64,000 bases of DNA, taken from the human T2T-CHM13v2.0 reference genome, Homo sapiens. Shown in pieces: positions 1 to 15,625 of the stretch (its first letter is position 1; each line of letters begins with the position of its first letter). The DNA is taken from NCBI RefSeq assembly GCF_009914755.1, contig NC_060947.1; one strand, 5' to 3'. The translations under genes were made by a program, and so were the position numbers. Below the pieces are notes generated by a model. It was given only the letters and a program-made list of their open reading frames with translations, made no database searches and was not told the DNA's origin.

Positions 1-880
1 CCCAGTGGTCCCCATCTCCTGATAGTCATGCCCTTGTGTAAATGCCTTCCCCTCGTGTGTGAGCTGAACCTAGTAACTTGCTTCTTATGAAGAGAATACA
101 GCAAAAGTGATGGGATACCACTTCCATGATGAAGTTAAAAAAGATTGCAGTCTTGTTTCTACTTATTGCAAGCTCCCTTCTTTCTTACTCTGTCTCACTT
201 TCTCACACACACTCTCTCTCTCTCTCTCCTCCTTCTCCACTTGCAGGCTTTTTTTTTTTTTTTTTTTTTTAGCTTATTTTACTTTAAGTTCTGGGATACA
301 TGTGCAGAACGTGCAGGTTTGTTACACAGGTATGCATGTGCCACGGTGGTTTGCTGCACCCGTCAACCCGTCATCTAGGTTTCAAGCCCCGCATGCATTA
401 GGTATTTGTCCTAATGCTCTCCCTCCCTTTGCCCCCCACCCACCAACAGGCCCTGGTTTGTGATGTTCCCCTCCTTGTGTATATGTGTTCTCATTGTTCA
501 ACTCCCACTTATGAGTGAGAACATGCGGTGTTTGGTTTTCAGTTCTTGTGTTAGTTTGCCGCCATGTTAGAAAGGTCCACACGACAAGGAACTTGAGGCA
601 GCCTCTGGCCAATAGCCAGCGAGGAACTAAGACCCTCAGTCCAACAGCCTGTGAGGAATTGAGTCCTGCAAACAACAGCTGACTGAACTTGAAAGCACAC
701 TCTGCTTCAGCTGTGCCCTAAGATGCCTGCAGCCCAAGCCAACATCTTAACTGCAGCCTCCAGAGACATCTGAAGCAGAAAAACTGATCTAGGCCATGTC
801 AGCATTTCTGGCCCACAGAAACTGAGATAAATATTGTTTTAAGTAGCTAAGTTTTGTGGTAATGTGTTATGCAACAATAG
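1..880 (+). mobile_element. MLT1-family (ERVL-MaLR) LTR, interrupted by a (CT)n tract and an L1PA fragment
   Basis: MLT1 hallmarks at both ends (5' ...ccctcgtgtgtgagctgaacctagtaacttgcttc; 3' ...agaaactgagataaatattgttttaagtagctaagttttgtggtaatgtgttatgcaacaatag). Subfamily not determined. Confidence 0.75.
248..557 (-). mobile_element. 5'-truncated L1PA 3' end with poly(A) tail, nested in the MLT1
   Basis: Poly(T) at 248-270 followed by the reverse complement of the L1PA 3' UTR (ttaagttctgggatacatgtgcagaacgtgcaggtttgttac...cccacttatgagtgagaacatgcggtgtttggttttc). Confidence 0.9.
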
Positions 881-1222
881 GCAAACTCTCCTTTATTTTT
901 ACTGCATTTTCAAGAACTCTCCTGAGATTATCCTGAATTCCCATATAGGGGAATAGAAGGAATAGAGAAAACGTCTGCTTGAAGTATACTGATACAATAT
1001 TACCATTTGAGATGTGACCCTAGTCCCTAAATTATTCCCTTATAACATCTTCTCCATTCCTTTCTCCTTTTTCATCCCTTAATACCAATTTTTTTCATAT
1101 GTTGCTTCTTCAATCACTGAAAACATAATATGAGTTGTCTGGAGCACTGCATTATACTACACAGTCTACCTAAACTTTGTTTTTTTTTATTTTTTTCCTC
1201 ATAATAAAACATTCTATCCTGA

Positions 1223-1522
<300 letters not shown>

Positions 1523-2713
1523 CCCAAGAAACCTTTTTAAAAATTTCTGATTATTAATATTTATATAAAAAGCCTGAAGGCTGAACACATGAGAGATAAA
1601 TTACTCAATTAAGTATTATTATGGTTATTATTTAATTCACTATAATTAATCATGAATCCTTGAAAAAACAAGAAACCAACCTATGAAAATATTCCCAATT
1701 TAAAATTCTACTTAAAGGTTGCTTTCCATTTGCTTTTTCTCTTTTTATAAAACTAAGTTTTGAAATTGGAGTGGTAAGCTTTTAATCAAAATCATATGCA
1801 ATTATGACCAACATCACTGATTAAAGGCTTCATAACTCTACTATTCTTTACTGCTTCCCAGCAGGACTGCTCTGCCTCAGGAAATTACCTTGAAATCCAC
1901 AAGGGAGAGTTGATAACAAATTCTAATTGGTGTAACATGCTGATTTCATTATTGACTGCTTCTAACTTAGTAAATAACTTCAGATGATCCCCTAGAAATT
2001 ACGAGATAAATTCATAGGGTTTGCAAATTCCGTGATATTTTAATGGTTTTCTCCTTAGAAAATGTCAATGTCATTGACTTTTTTTAGATCACCTAGTCTT
2101 GGTTTTATGGTAACGTTCATGTTCATGAAATAGCTCCAGGTTCACCTCAGGCCTTCAGTCAGGTAATCTGGTTAAGGCCTTTGACCTCTAGATGAGGTGC
2201 CAACCCTTTGTTCTCATGAAGGCTATATTAATTCACCACATAGAAACATCTAGAGCTTCAAATTTCTGTCTGAAGTGAGCTCGAGGCTATGGTTCCTACC
2301 ACATCAACTCACTTAGACACACAGTCATACACATGAACACTAAGAATCCTCTTCACACTCATGCCCAAGGTGCTACCAAAGAATATGTCCCCATCTATGC
2401 ACAGCTCTCCCCACAGCCAACAACAGAGGTCTGTGCAACCCCAACATCTTTTTACAAATGGGAAAAAACAAATACAATTTTAGGTAGAAAGAAAAAAATA
2501 GTTTTGGCCTAGTGGTTAATTTGAATTATGCTATCTATATAGTCAGTTACCAGGTAATCATGTTAATCAAATCTAGAATGCTAGATCAGCAATGCTGTAG
2601 CAGCTTCTTGTGTTGTTTTGACATGACATCAAAAAATTAAGTGCCTAATCAGAAACCACAGAACTTTACTTGACAAGCATTTTATTCATTATGACAGTAC
2701 CTACTCACACTGG

Positions 2714-3053
<340 letters not shown>

Positions 3054-3270
3054 TGATTTTCTTTTAAAGAATCTTCATACGTTACTAGGGAACGATCATT
3101 ATCCTTATTTCAAATTATGTTATTTTCTAGTCTGGAGTTTTGATCATTTTGTCTTGAGAATTTTCTCCCTTCATTATTCTCCTAGCAATACCAGTACCCA
3201 ATATTACAACTCAGTGTCTAACTTTTACTTTTCACTTTTACTAAAAAATCACACAACTTTGCAGAAATAA

Positions 3271-3680
<410 letters not shown>

Positions 3681-3994
3681 TAAACCTGATGATTGTTTTT
3701 CTATTGAGAACAATAGTCTTCCTGGGTTTTCTTTGCCCCCACATCCTTGAGTTAAATTTATTTCTATATTTTGAGATGTTCTTTTGTGTTTTTTATCTCA
3801 AAATCATATTGAATATATTTCTCTGTGAAGTAAACATTAAAAAATCAAGATTCTGCACTAATACTGGAAATCAAAGACCGACTTTCATTCTCCCTCTGAC
3901 ACGTGTCTGCCCTACGCAGACTTTTGGAGAAAGTAAGTGTGTTTGTCACTATCTAATAAAGAGAAAGAATTTGTCTCCACATCCACACACCTAC

Positions 3995-4205
3995 CTTTTA
4001 GTGTTTCAATGTCATAGAAAGTTGCCGCAAACCTAGTGGACCGATGGGATGCTGAGCGAGAGTCCATACTGGTAAAACTTTTGAGCCTCAGCCTGCATCT
4101 CCACAGCTTCCAGTCCTCAGAGTGAGTAATTCGAAGTAGTTCCTCCAAACTAGAAGCAGCCCTGATCTGCTGTTCAGATCGTTCCAATGTGGACTGAGAT
4201 GATCG
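3995..4205 (-). CDS. VEGFD: VEGF-D (vascular endothelial growth factor D / FIGF) coding exon 2, codons 31-100 plus 1 nt
   Basis: Translates RSSQSTLERSEQQIRAASSLEELLRITHSEDWKLWRCRLRLKSFTSMDSRSASHRSTRFAATFYDIETLK, the VEGF-D N-terminal propeptide. Acceptor tttttttaag at 4206+, donor G|gtaggt at 3994-. 211 nt, phase 0 to phase 1. Contains the RSTR/FAAT proprotein-convertase site (R88 at 4032-4034). Confidence 0.98.
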
Positions 4206-4451
4206 CTTAAAAAAACAAAAATACCAGTTTAAAAACAAGTTACTAAATTTTAAATTTGTCATAATAATCTTCATTTCTGACACTTAGAAGTGTAAATACA
4301 TCTGTAATTAGAGATACTATTGAAACGTATGCCAGTGCCTAGGAAAAAGGATATCTTCTAGTATTTTTGGTTTACATTCTGCTCATTTTTGATTGAATCA
4401 GAGGATTTACTTATTCTTCCTGGGTTCTCAGAACACTTACAAAGAAAATTG

Positions 4452-4903
4452 TAGTGCATTGAATGGTGGGCCTCAAAATGATATGTCCACATCCTAACCC
4501 ACAGAACCTGTGAACATTACCTTAATTTGGACAAAGGATCTGTACAGATGTAATGAAGTTAAGGATCTTAAAATGAGATCCTCCTGGATTATCTATGTGG
4601 ACCCTAAATACTGTACAATGACAAGTGTCCTTATAAGAGACAGAAGAGAAGACAGGGACACAGAGGAAGGTCATTTGAAGATGGGGGCAGAGACCGGAGT
4701 GATGCAGTGACAAGCGGGGGATTGCCTAGAGCCATCAGAAGCTGGATGAAGCAAGAAAAGATTCTCTCCAAGAGTGTTTTGAGGGCGTGCAGCCTTGCTG
4801 ACCCTTCCATTTTGGAATTCTGGACTCTGGAGCTGTGAGAAAATACATTTCTGTTATTTTAAGCCACCAAGTTTGTGATAATTAGTTATGGCAGCCATAG
4901 GAA
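4452..4903 (+). mobile_element. MLT1 (MLT1B/C-like) solo LTR
   Basis: tgtagtgcattgaatggtgggcctcaaaatgatatgtccacatcctaacc...ttttaagccaccaagtttgtgataattagttatggcagccataggaaac. Confidence 0.85.
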
Positions 4904-5910
4904 ACGAAAAGATGTTTATCATATTATTTTTGTGACAGTAGCTACTGACAGTTGTTTTCATCTCTGTTATTTGTTTGAGAAATTGATCCACAAAGGCCTG
5001 GGTAACCTGACTACAGTCACAAAAAAAAGATATCAAGCCCCTGATAACCTGAATTTTCTTACTTCTAACTCTCTTTGTTTTCTTTTAAAACCTACTATTT
5101 CAAAAACATGATTTTTTTCTGACAAAATACTTTTCTGGGGTTTTACGCTCTAGAAGTATAAGAGTTTAATATTCTTATGGAGCTATCAAATACTCTTCTA
5201 GAGTTTGCTTTCCATACAGTTGCATGAACTGTATTGGCGGATACAGTGCAACTGTATTGGATGGGTTTGTAAGAAAAAAAAGACTTGGTAGATAAAAGAT
5301 TTTCAGTATGTAGCCTCTTGTTCAAAATTGGGGGCTTAGTTATATAAATAATGATATATGCATACAATGAATTCTATGTGATCATCAAAACAAAGGATGT
5401 AGAGGTATATTGGGACAGAACGAATTGAGATCCTTCCTGGAATGTGCTGGAGAAATGATAAGGTGATCTATCTATGGCTAGGGCCTCCGATTTTCTCTTG
5501 CTGACCCGGTAGTTACTAGATGTTTGTTTTGCTGGGTGGTTGGAATATGCAGGCTGAGGCCATTTGTAGAGCTGGGATGAGGGAGGAGGCAAAGGACCAG
5601 TGCTGAGAGAGGAGGGTGGAAGGGAAAGGTGAATGTCAGCTGCCTGCTGCAGGGCGAGGAACAGTGAAGGAAAACAAAGATGAGCAAAAGGGGCTGTTAA
5701 AAGGCTTTGCATTGGGTAGTGTGATGTACACTCTCCTCCACTGAGCCTCAAAAGCTGTAGTTAAAATCTACATCATGCATTAGCATTTTAGGAGGAGAAA
5801 TTTTTTTTAGACATGCTAGTGGACACTGAGAGTTGTCCAAAAATGGGTACTCAGAAGAGCAAGTGTGGTCTAAGTCATGTGTGATTCAGCTATGATATAA
5901 CCTCTTTTAA

Positions 5911-6318
<408 letters not shown>

Positions 6319-6341
6319 AACAATGGTTATTCTTTAGATCA

Positions 6342-6508
6342 AGAGCTGTCAAACTATGACCTCCCAGCCTAATTTAGCCTGCTGCCTGCCTGTTTTTGTA
6401 AATCAAGTTGTATTGACACACAGCCATGTCCATTCATTTACTTATTGTCTACGGCTGCTTTCATACTACAAAAGCAGAGTTGAGAATTTGAGACAGAGAC
6501 CTTCATGG
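6342..6508. mobile_element. MER58-like hAT-Charlie fragment
   Basis: aaactatgacc...tgtttttgtaaatcaagttgtattgacacacagccatgtccattcatttacttattgtctacggctgctttc resembles MER58A. Confidence 0.7.
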
Positions 6509-6785
6509 CAGTTTCAATCTGAGGCCACTTGTCTTTTTTATTCTCAATTCTTTAATATTCTCAGCCATTATCATTTTCATTATTCCACCTATAATATTGC
6601 CTCTACTCTCTTTTTTGAAAAATGTTGGAGGCTTTTAATCATCTTACATGTCTCTTAAATGTGCTTTTATATTTAGCTATTTTTTCCTCTTCACCTCTCT
6701 CTAATGTGTTATGGGTAAATTAATTGGTTCATCTTTCCAATCACCAACTCTCCAATTGTTGTGAGTCTAGAGTTTACTTTGTTAA

Positions 6786-7195
<410 letters not shown>

Positions 7196-8559
7196 CCTAG
7201 TTTGTCATTTCAATTTTATGAATATTATTTCTTTATCTCTTTGAGGGTTGCAAATATTTTTAAGTATTTCTTCAAATTATTTTAGATTTTAACTTTATAG
7301 GTATGACATATACTGATTATTCATTTTGTTGCTGTCATTCTTAGTAATAATTATATTAACGTGATTTGGAATTTTGGTTAGTAGTTCCATTTTCATTCAG
7401 AGATTCATTTTTCTTTCTCATTATTCTTTCTCCAACATTTAGAAGTTTTATGGTTGTACCCCATAATACCCTGGGTCCTGAATCCGAATCTTGTTGAGTA
7501 TTTATGATTCAGGGATCAGCTCAGCTCACGTCCTAGTTGCAAGGAAGTATCTGCTTCCTCCTTTGCCCCGTTAAGTAATTTCATAGAAGTCACAGCTCCA
7601 GGCAGCAATGAGCAGTAACTCTTCCTTCCTCTTTCATGGATCTGATGTAGTGCACTAAAAGAGCCGATTTCCAACTGAAGCTAAATTTTTGATGGCCCCT
7701 GTCTTCTAGCCCAGATCCATAAGTCCTGCAGCTTCAGCTTCATGGCTTTAGTGCCATTTCTGTAAATGATTGTCATCTGCAGATGTTTGCCATCATTCAA
7801 TCAATTTTATATTCTGTGGACTAAGAACGATCTGAAAATATGAATCTACAAGGTTATCGCACTTGGGAATCCAGATGTGAGTGTGTGTCTGTGGGTGCAT
7901 GTTTTTAATAAAAGCGGGAGAATTATAAGCTGGGGGAAAGAGGCAACAGACAGGAAGAAAGAAAAAGCATATGCAGGAGAGCTAAGGCAGGACCTAGAGG
8001 GGTTGTTTTGACATAAGTGCCAGAGATAAGTGGATGTAGTGTGACTAGATGAGAGGATCACTGTCAGAAACAAGAGGAAAATACAGAATGACATGGGTTT
8101 GTAGATGGCAAGACTGCCTGGGAAGCTCAGTGAGCTCATACCTGTGATTTCTCACTTTTCGATAAAGTTTGAATCAAGGCAAAATTGTGGGAGTGAGAGG
8201 AGTGGGGAGCATGAGGATCATAGATCGGGTTTGTGAAATTGGCTTGCCACAGCTTCTTCATCTAAGAAATCTGGAGATGAAACTGAACAATTGCTAATGT
8301 CTCTGGCAGCTTTGAAATTCAATGCTTCTCCATTAAGTCTTATTTGTCAATAGTCTCTCTTTTCCTGATTATTCATTCTCTTCTAGTTGGACAGTACTCC
8401 ATATACAATTCAGTCTTCAAAATAAAACTTTGTGACAATGCTGCTTCCACGTGAAAATAATGAAACCAAGCAGCTTTTTAAAGATTTTAGAGTTGAAGCA
8501 TATTGAAAGGATTTTTATGTATTGAGGCAAATTTCACTCAATATTATCCAAAAATACAA

Positions 8560-8838
8560 GGCCAGGCATGGTGGCTTACACTTGTAATCCCAGCACTTTG
8601 GGAAGCCGAGGTGGGAGGATTGCCTGAGCCCAAGAGTTCAAGATCAGACTGGAAACATGGTGAGACCCTGTCTCTACTAAAAATACAAAAATTAGCCAGA
8701 CATGCTGGTGCATGCCTGTACTCCCAGCTACTCAGGAGACTGAGGTGGGAGAATCACCTGAGCCTGGGGAGGTCAAGGTTGCAGTGAGCCATGATCTCGC
8801 CACTTGCACTCCAGCCTGGGCAATGGAGCACGATCTTG
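8560..8838 (+). mobile_element. Alu (AluJ-like), antisense to VEGFD
   Basis: ggccaggcatggtggcttacacttgtaatcccagc...gcactccagcctgggcaatggagcacgatc. The tail has expanded into a (GAAA)n array. Confidence 0.93.
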
Positions 8839-8873
8839 AAAAAGAAAGAAAGAAAGAAAGAAAGAAAAAGAAA

Positions 8874-8912
<39 letters not shown>

Positions 8913-9080
8913 GAAAGAAGAAAGAAAGAAAGAAGAAAGAAAGGAAAGAAAGAAAGAAAGAAAGAAAAGAAAGAAAGAAAGAAAAGAAGGAAAGAAAGAA
9001 AGGAGAGAAAGAGAAAGAAAGAAAGGAGAGAAAGAGAAAGAAAGAAAGAAAAGAAAGGAGAGAAAGAGAAAGAAAGAAAA
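8838..9080. repeat. Complex (GAAA)n/(GA)-rich microsatellite, pure-purine tract of ~240 bp
   Basis: Only A and G on the + strand from 8838 to 9080. Confidence 0.97.
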
Positions 9081-11569
9081 CAGGCAGATGTATGGTTTTA
9101 TTATAGTTCTTACAGGATTCAATTCAATCTTAGAAATATTTTTAAACTATCCAACTGTGAGAACTCAGGAGAAAATATCAAATCTCTGGATTGAATTAAA
9201 GTAATTAAATGGCTCATACAACTTGCCTCATCATAAAAAATGCAGTGTTTACTCAAGTACTCAGAGTTATTTAAGCTTACTTTCAACCCCAGAATTTAAA
9301 ACCTAGTTTGAAATAACAGAAATTGCAGACAGTCATTTTGCTATTTTAAGTGGAAGTACTAACAATTAAACTTAAGTAGAAACCTGACAAGTAATTCATC
9401 AAGGGCATACATTTTCAAAGGGTTCAAGAATGGTTGTTTGTTCCCAATCGGCTTTCTGCACTGGTTGATTTTTGTATAATGAACTTTATGTTATCCACTT
9501 GGGTAAGACAAAAATAACAATTAAAAATGTGTTTATCCCAAATACATACTTAAACCATTGATTTCAGTGGTTTTAATTACTAAACCTTTGCCAAGTAAAT
9601 TGCTCCTAATTTCTTCCTATTTTCTGATGGAAGTGCTAATCAAAATCAAAATAATTAAAAGGTTTTCATCAAGAGGAAGAAAGTGAATGAAGCAGGGTTA
9701 CCAGATCTCTGCTTTTTATTACAGCGGCAGCTTTTTTATGGTAATTAATTCAAGACTACTAGCAATTTCACTCTTAAATAACAAATCATTCTCTAATTTC
9801 TTGGCTACCACAAGCCAGCTTCTAAATTGGGAGGCTTAAAGTCTTTTTAATAAGACTTCACCATCATTTGAATGTATGCTCCTTTCTGTGGTACAATTTC
9901 AAGGGTAGTCATTTCCCCTTTTGCTAATTTCTAAGTTCACACAGCATTCTCCCCTGAGGAAGCATGAGCATCTCCATAGCTTCCTAAGTATTAATTTAGG
10001 TCACGGGTGACCAAGATGGCAGGCAAGATATTTGGAAAGGTATAGTGGTGGGGTTTGTAGGAGAAACTTGGAAGTGTCCCACGTTGTGAGGAAGTCAACG
10101 GCCTTCTGTACTCCTACCAATTTCATCTCTCAATTTCCAGCCCCTCTCCTTCACCAAAAATACATATCCAGTCAAGTAACACATTCAAAGAATGAAGAAA
10201 GGCATAATTTGGGGATATCAACGAGCCTCAGGGGAAAAAAAAAACAGCAAGGGGTTCACTTTGGTTGGGCATAGAGCAAGTTTAGAAGTGGGGAATCTGG
10301 CAAATAAGTTAGGAAGAGGGGCTGGTGAAATGAGATACCACTTCACACCCAGTAGAATGGCTATAAACAAAAGGACTGACAATACCAAGTGTTGTAATGG
10401 ATATGGAGCAACAGGAACCCTCACACAAGGCTGATGAAACTGTAAAATTGTATTGTTGCTTTGGAAAAGAGTTCAGCAGTTCTCTAATAAGCTAAATTTA
10501 TTATACAACCAACTAATTCCAATCCTAAGTTTCCAGCCCCTAGAGACAGAAAATAGATTATTGGCTGCCTGAGGCTGGGAGTGAGAATGGAGGGTTCATT
10601 GCAAAGGGACATAACGGACCTTATATGGATGATAGCTATACAACTCAGTAAATTTCCTAATATACTTGAATGAAATTTTATAGTATGTAAATTCTATATT
10701 AATATAGTTGTATAAAATTTTTAAAAAGAGGAAGGACTGGAGGCATGAAGACCAGGCTACTTTGATCCAATTTGGGAGGCAATGAAAAATGTTGCATAGT
10801 TGAACAATGGAATATTATTGGACATCCATTTTATCAACTTGCTCTTTCGTTCATTTCTTCTTGTTTTGACCTTAGTCCATGCTGTTTCCTTTGCCTGGAA
10901 TGCCATTCACTCTTTGTCTAACTAAATCTTTCTCAGCTTAGATGTTACCTACTCAGGGAAACCTCCTCCATAACTCCCACCCCTGCCTAGGTCTGGTCCG
11001 TCACATGGATTTCTAGCACCCCATCCTTGTCCTTCACAACGCTACCAGTAACACTAATGAATTGTGTCATTTCTTGTTATCTGCTTGTCTTCCCCACTAG
11101 GTTGTAAAAACCACCTGAGCAGTAATGGTATCTGTCTTATAGCAATAGTAAGAGCTGAATAAATATTTATTAAATGTATGAATAAACAACTTGATTCACC
11201 AAAAGCTATAGAAAAAGTAACCCTGAGATTATTCGTGTATTCAAAACTACATCACTACATCACTTGTCTTTTGAATATCTTCTTTCAGTTCTCATTCCAG
11301 GTCCAAAATAAATGCCACTTCTTCCATCAAGCATTTTATGAAGTCCCTAACTTAGACTATATTATTTATGAACACATTGTATTTCCCTTCCTAGACTGAG
11401 ATCTCTTTGAGGGTAGGATATGTGTCAGATTCATCTTTTTAAAGTAATAAGCACGTAATACATATCTGATGAAGGAATTTATAAGTAATAAATACATACA
11501 TGTATCTGACAAATAGCAATTGGGCCCAGGTTTGTGTGGTCTGTTGCATATTTTATATGTAGTACTGCC

Positions 11570-13335
<1,766 letters not shown>

Positions 13336-13340
13336 TAAAG

Positions 13341-13497
13341 CAGGCATTCAAAATCTTGGCTTCTTCTTGAATCTACCTGGGAATAAGCTTCAAAGAAATA
13401 CTGATGCTCGAATCTTAAATCTCACAGATTCTCATTTTTTGGGTCTGGGCTGCAGCTTTGCCATCAGGATTTTTTAAAAAAAAACTTCCCAGGTGTT
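13341..13497. mobile_element. MER5B-like hAT-Charlie fragment
   Basis: gaatctacctggg...aaatactgatgc...cagattct...gggtctgggc...cttcccaggtg. Confidence 0.65.
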
Positions 13498-15029
13498 AGC
13501 CTTAGAGGAAGATAGGTGAGGGCTATATAGGAACTCTCTATATTGTCTCTCTACTACTAATTTAGGGCATGAGAAATGCTGTTTTTAAGTTACAAGACCC
13601 AGGTTAACTCCTGAACTTCATACAAGTCCACTAGTCTTCAAACAGTCGATGCATGCTCAGAAATAGTCTTAGTCTTTAAATCTATTTGATGTATACCTTG
13701 GGTTCAAAATATTTGTATGAGTATCTTGCTGACCTGGATTTGTAAATCCTTTTCCTATCTCAAGATACCTGACCATTTGCAGGTCAGCTCCCAACCTGTA
13801 CGACTTTTTCAAGGTTGAAGATCAACAATATCGCTTTTCAGGCTAAATAGCATGATGAAGTTGGCTGCCTTATATGATGCCATCCTAAATGACAGACTAA
13901 ATTGCCTCTCAAATTCCCCAAAAGCCAAACCAACCAATTTTTCAAAATAAAATTAAAGATAATAGGTACTGCTTTAACCTACTGAATTCAACAAAAAAGT
14001 ACAAATTATAATCTTTTCAAAAGGCAACACTGAAAGGTATTTGAAAGAAGATATGAGAATATAAATATACATGCCAAGTGGAAGAGGCTTTGGTTTGGGA
14101 GTACCTAGCCGGTTCCAATGCTGGTTTTGAGCTGTAAGGCCATCAGCAAAGAAGGTTTAAGGGGGGACCCTGGCTACTTTTCTCAAAGAGCTTCAAAAAG
14201 CTTTTCTTGAGCCATTCCAATCCCATGCTATTAACAATCCTCTTGTTCTATATATATGGAAAAGGAGGCCAGCTTTGCTAGATTCATCCCTGGACCTCTA
14301 GAGAGCCATGGGTCTGAGACTATCCTTCCAAGGCTTTAAAAAGCTGTTGGTGCTATTTTCTTTGTCAAATTGTGTTGGCAATATGCCTTCAGGAAGCTTG
14401 GTGATAAAACGGTGTGATGAATAGAATTTGTATATTTAGAATACCCAGAAGCTTTAGGGTGAGTTATGGAAGGGACACATTTTACACAACTTTCCCTAGA
14501 TTTGCTTAAAAATTTACAAGTGTTCCCTGGGGGGCGTGGTTCTCTTCTTACTCACCCTGGAGTTCAGGGACATTGCAGTCAGCAATTTCCCTTTGCAGTG
14601 GGTTTGGGGAGGTGGATTCGGTTGCAATACAAATAGTTCCATGTTCCCTCTACCTCTTAGCAGCTTCTTCTGTTTCACTGGAAGAGCATTTTGCATTTCC
14701 TGTTTAACCTGATGGTTCAAGCTCAACCAAAACCACCAAATTTTTCCTGGTTTTGGGGTCCAAGTAGCAATGTCTCACTCCACTCCCGGCCTTCCTCAGC
14801 AGATGTTCTCCCTCCCCCACCTGTCGAGGTATCTTCCCAGATCAAGTTAGATTGGTGAGTCTGAGCTGAAGGTTTGTGACTTTGCCTCCCATAGCTCTCA
14901 GTTGGAAATAACATTCCCCAAGATGAAGCTTTGCCTAATATAGTAAACCACTCTGTCGTCTGGAGAAACAGCTTACTGGAAAGAAAAAGCATAGATTTGA
15001 ATTGTTCAAAACTGGCTTTGAATGGTATA

Positions 15030-15625
15030 ACACTCTGGAAAATGTGTTTGCAGTTTCTTATAAACATATGCTCACCATATGACCCAACAGTCCTACTTCT
15101 GGGGATTTTACCCTTGATAAATGAAGCCTTATGTTCACATAAATACATGTACATGAATGTTTGTAGTAGCTTTATTCACAATAGCCAAAAAACTAGAAAC
15201 AACTTATGTGTCATTCAATGGGTGAACGGTTCAGCAATCGATGTAATACTACTCAGCAATAAAAAGGAATGAACTACTGGGACACTGGTAGAATCTCAAA
15301 GGCAGTATGAGTGAAAGAAGCCAATCTCAAACTGCTACATACTGTATGATTCCATTTATATGACATTCCCAAAAAACCAAAATGACAGCGAACCAAAAAT
15401 ACAAAACGACAGTGAAGGAGAACAGATCAGTGATTGCCAGAGGTTGGGAGGCTGGGAGGAAGGTCTGACTGTAAAAGGATAACGTAAGTGAATTTTTGGG
15501 GGGTGATGGAATAGTTCCGTATCCTAATTATGGTTGTGGTTATATAAATCTATACATGTGTTAGAATTCATAGAACTACACACCAAAAGGGAAAAAATCC
15601 ATTTTACTCTATAAGTTAAAAAAAT
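15030..15625 (+). mobile_element. Old L1M (L1MC/ME-like) 3' region
   Basis: accatatgacccaacagtcctacttctggggatttta...tacatactgtatgattccatttatatgacattc...gaacagatcagtgattgccagagg. Confidence 0.8.

Noticed and set aside
3912-4283. 123-aa ORF as a standalone gene
   Set aside because: It is VEGFD exon 2 (3995-4205) plus open intronic flanks. The splice sites define the real coding part.
8712-9204. K/E/R-rich and F/L/S-rich ORFs of 122-160 aa
   Set aside because: Translations of the stop-free (GAAA)n microsatellite and the adjacent Alu.
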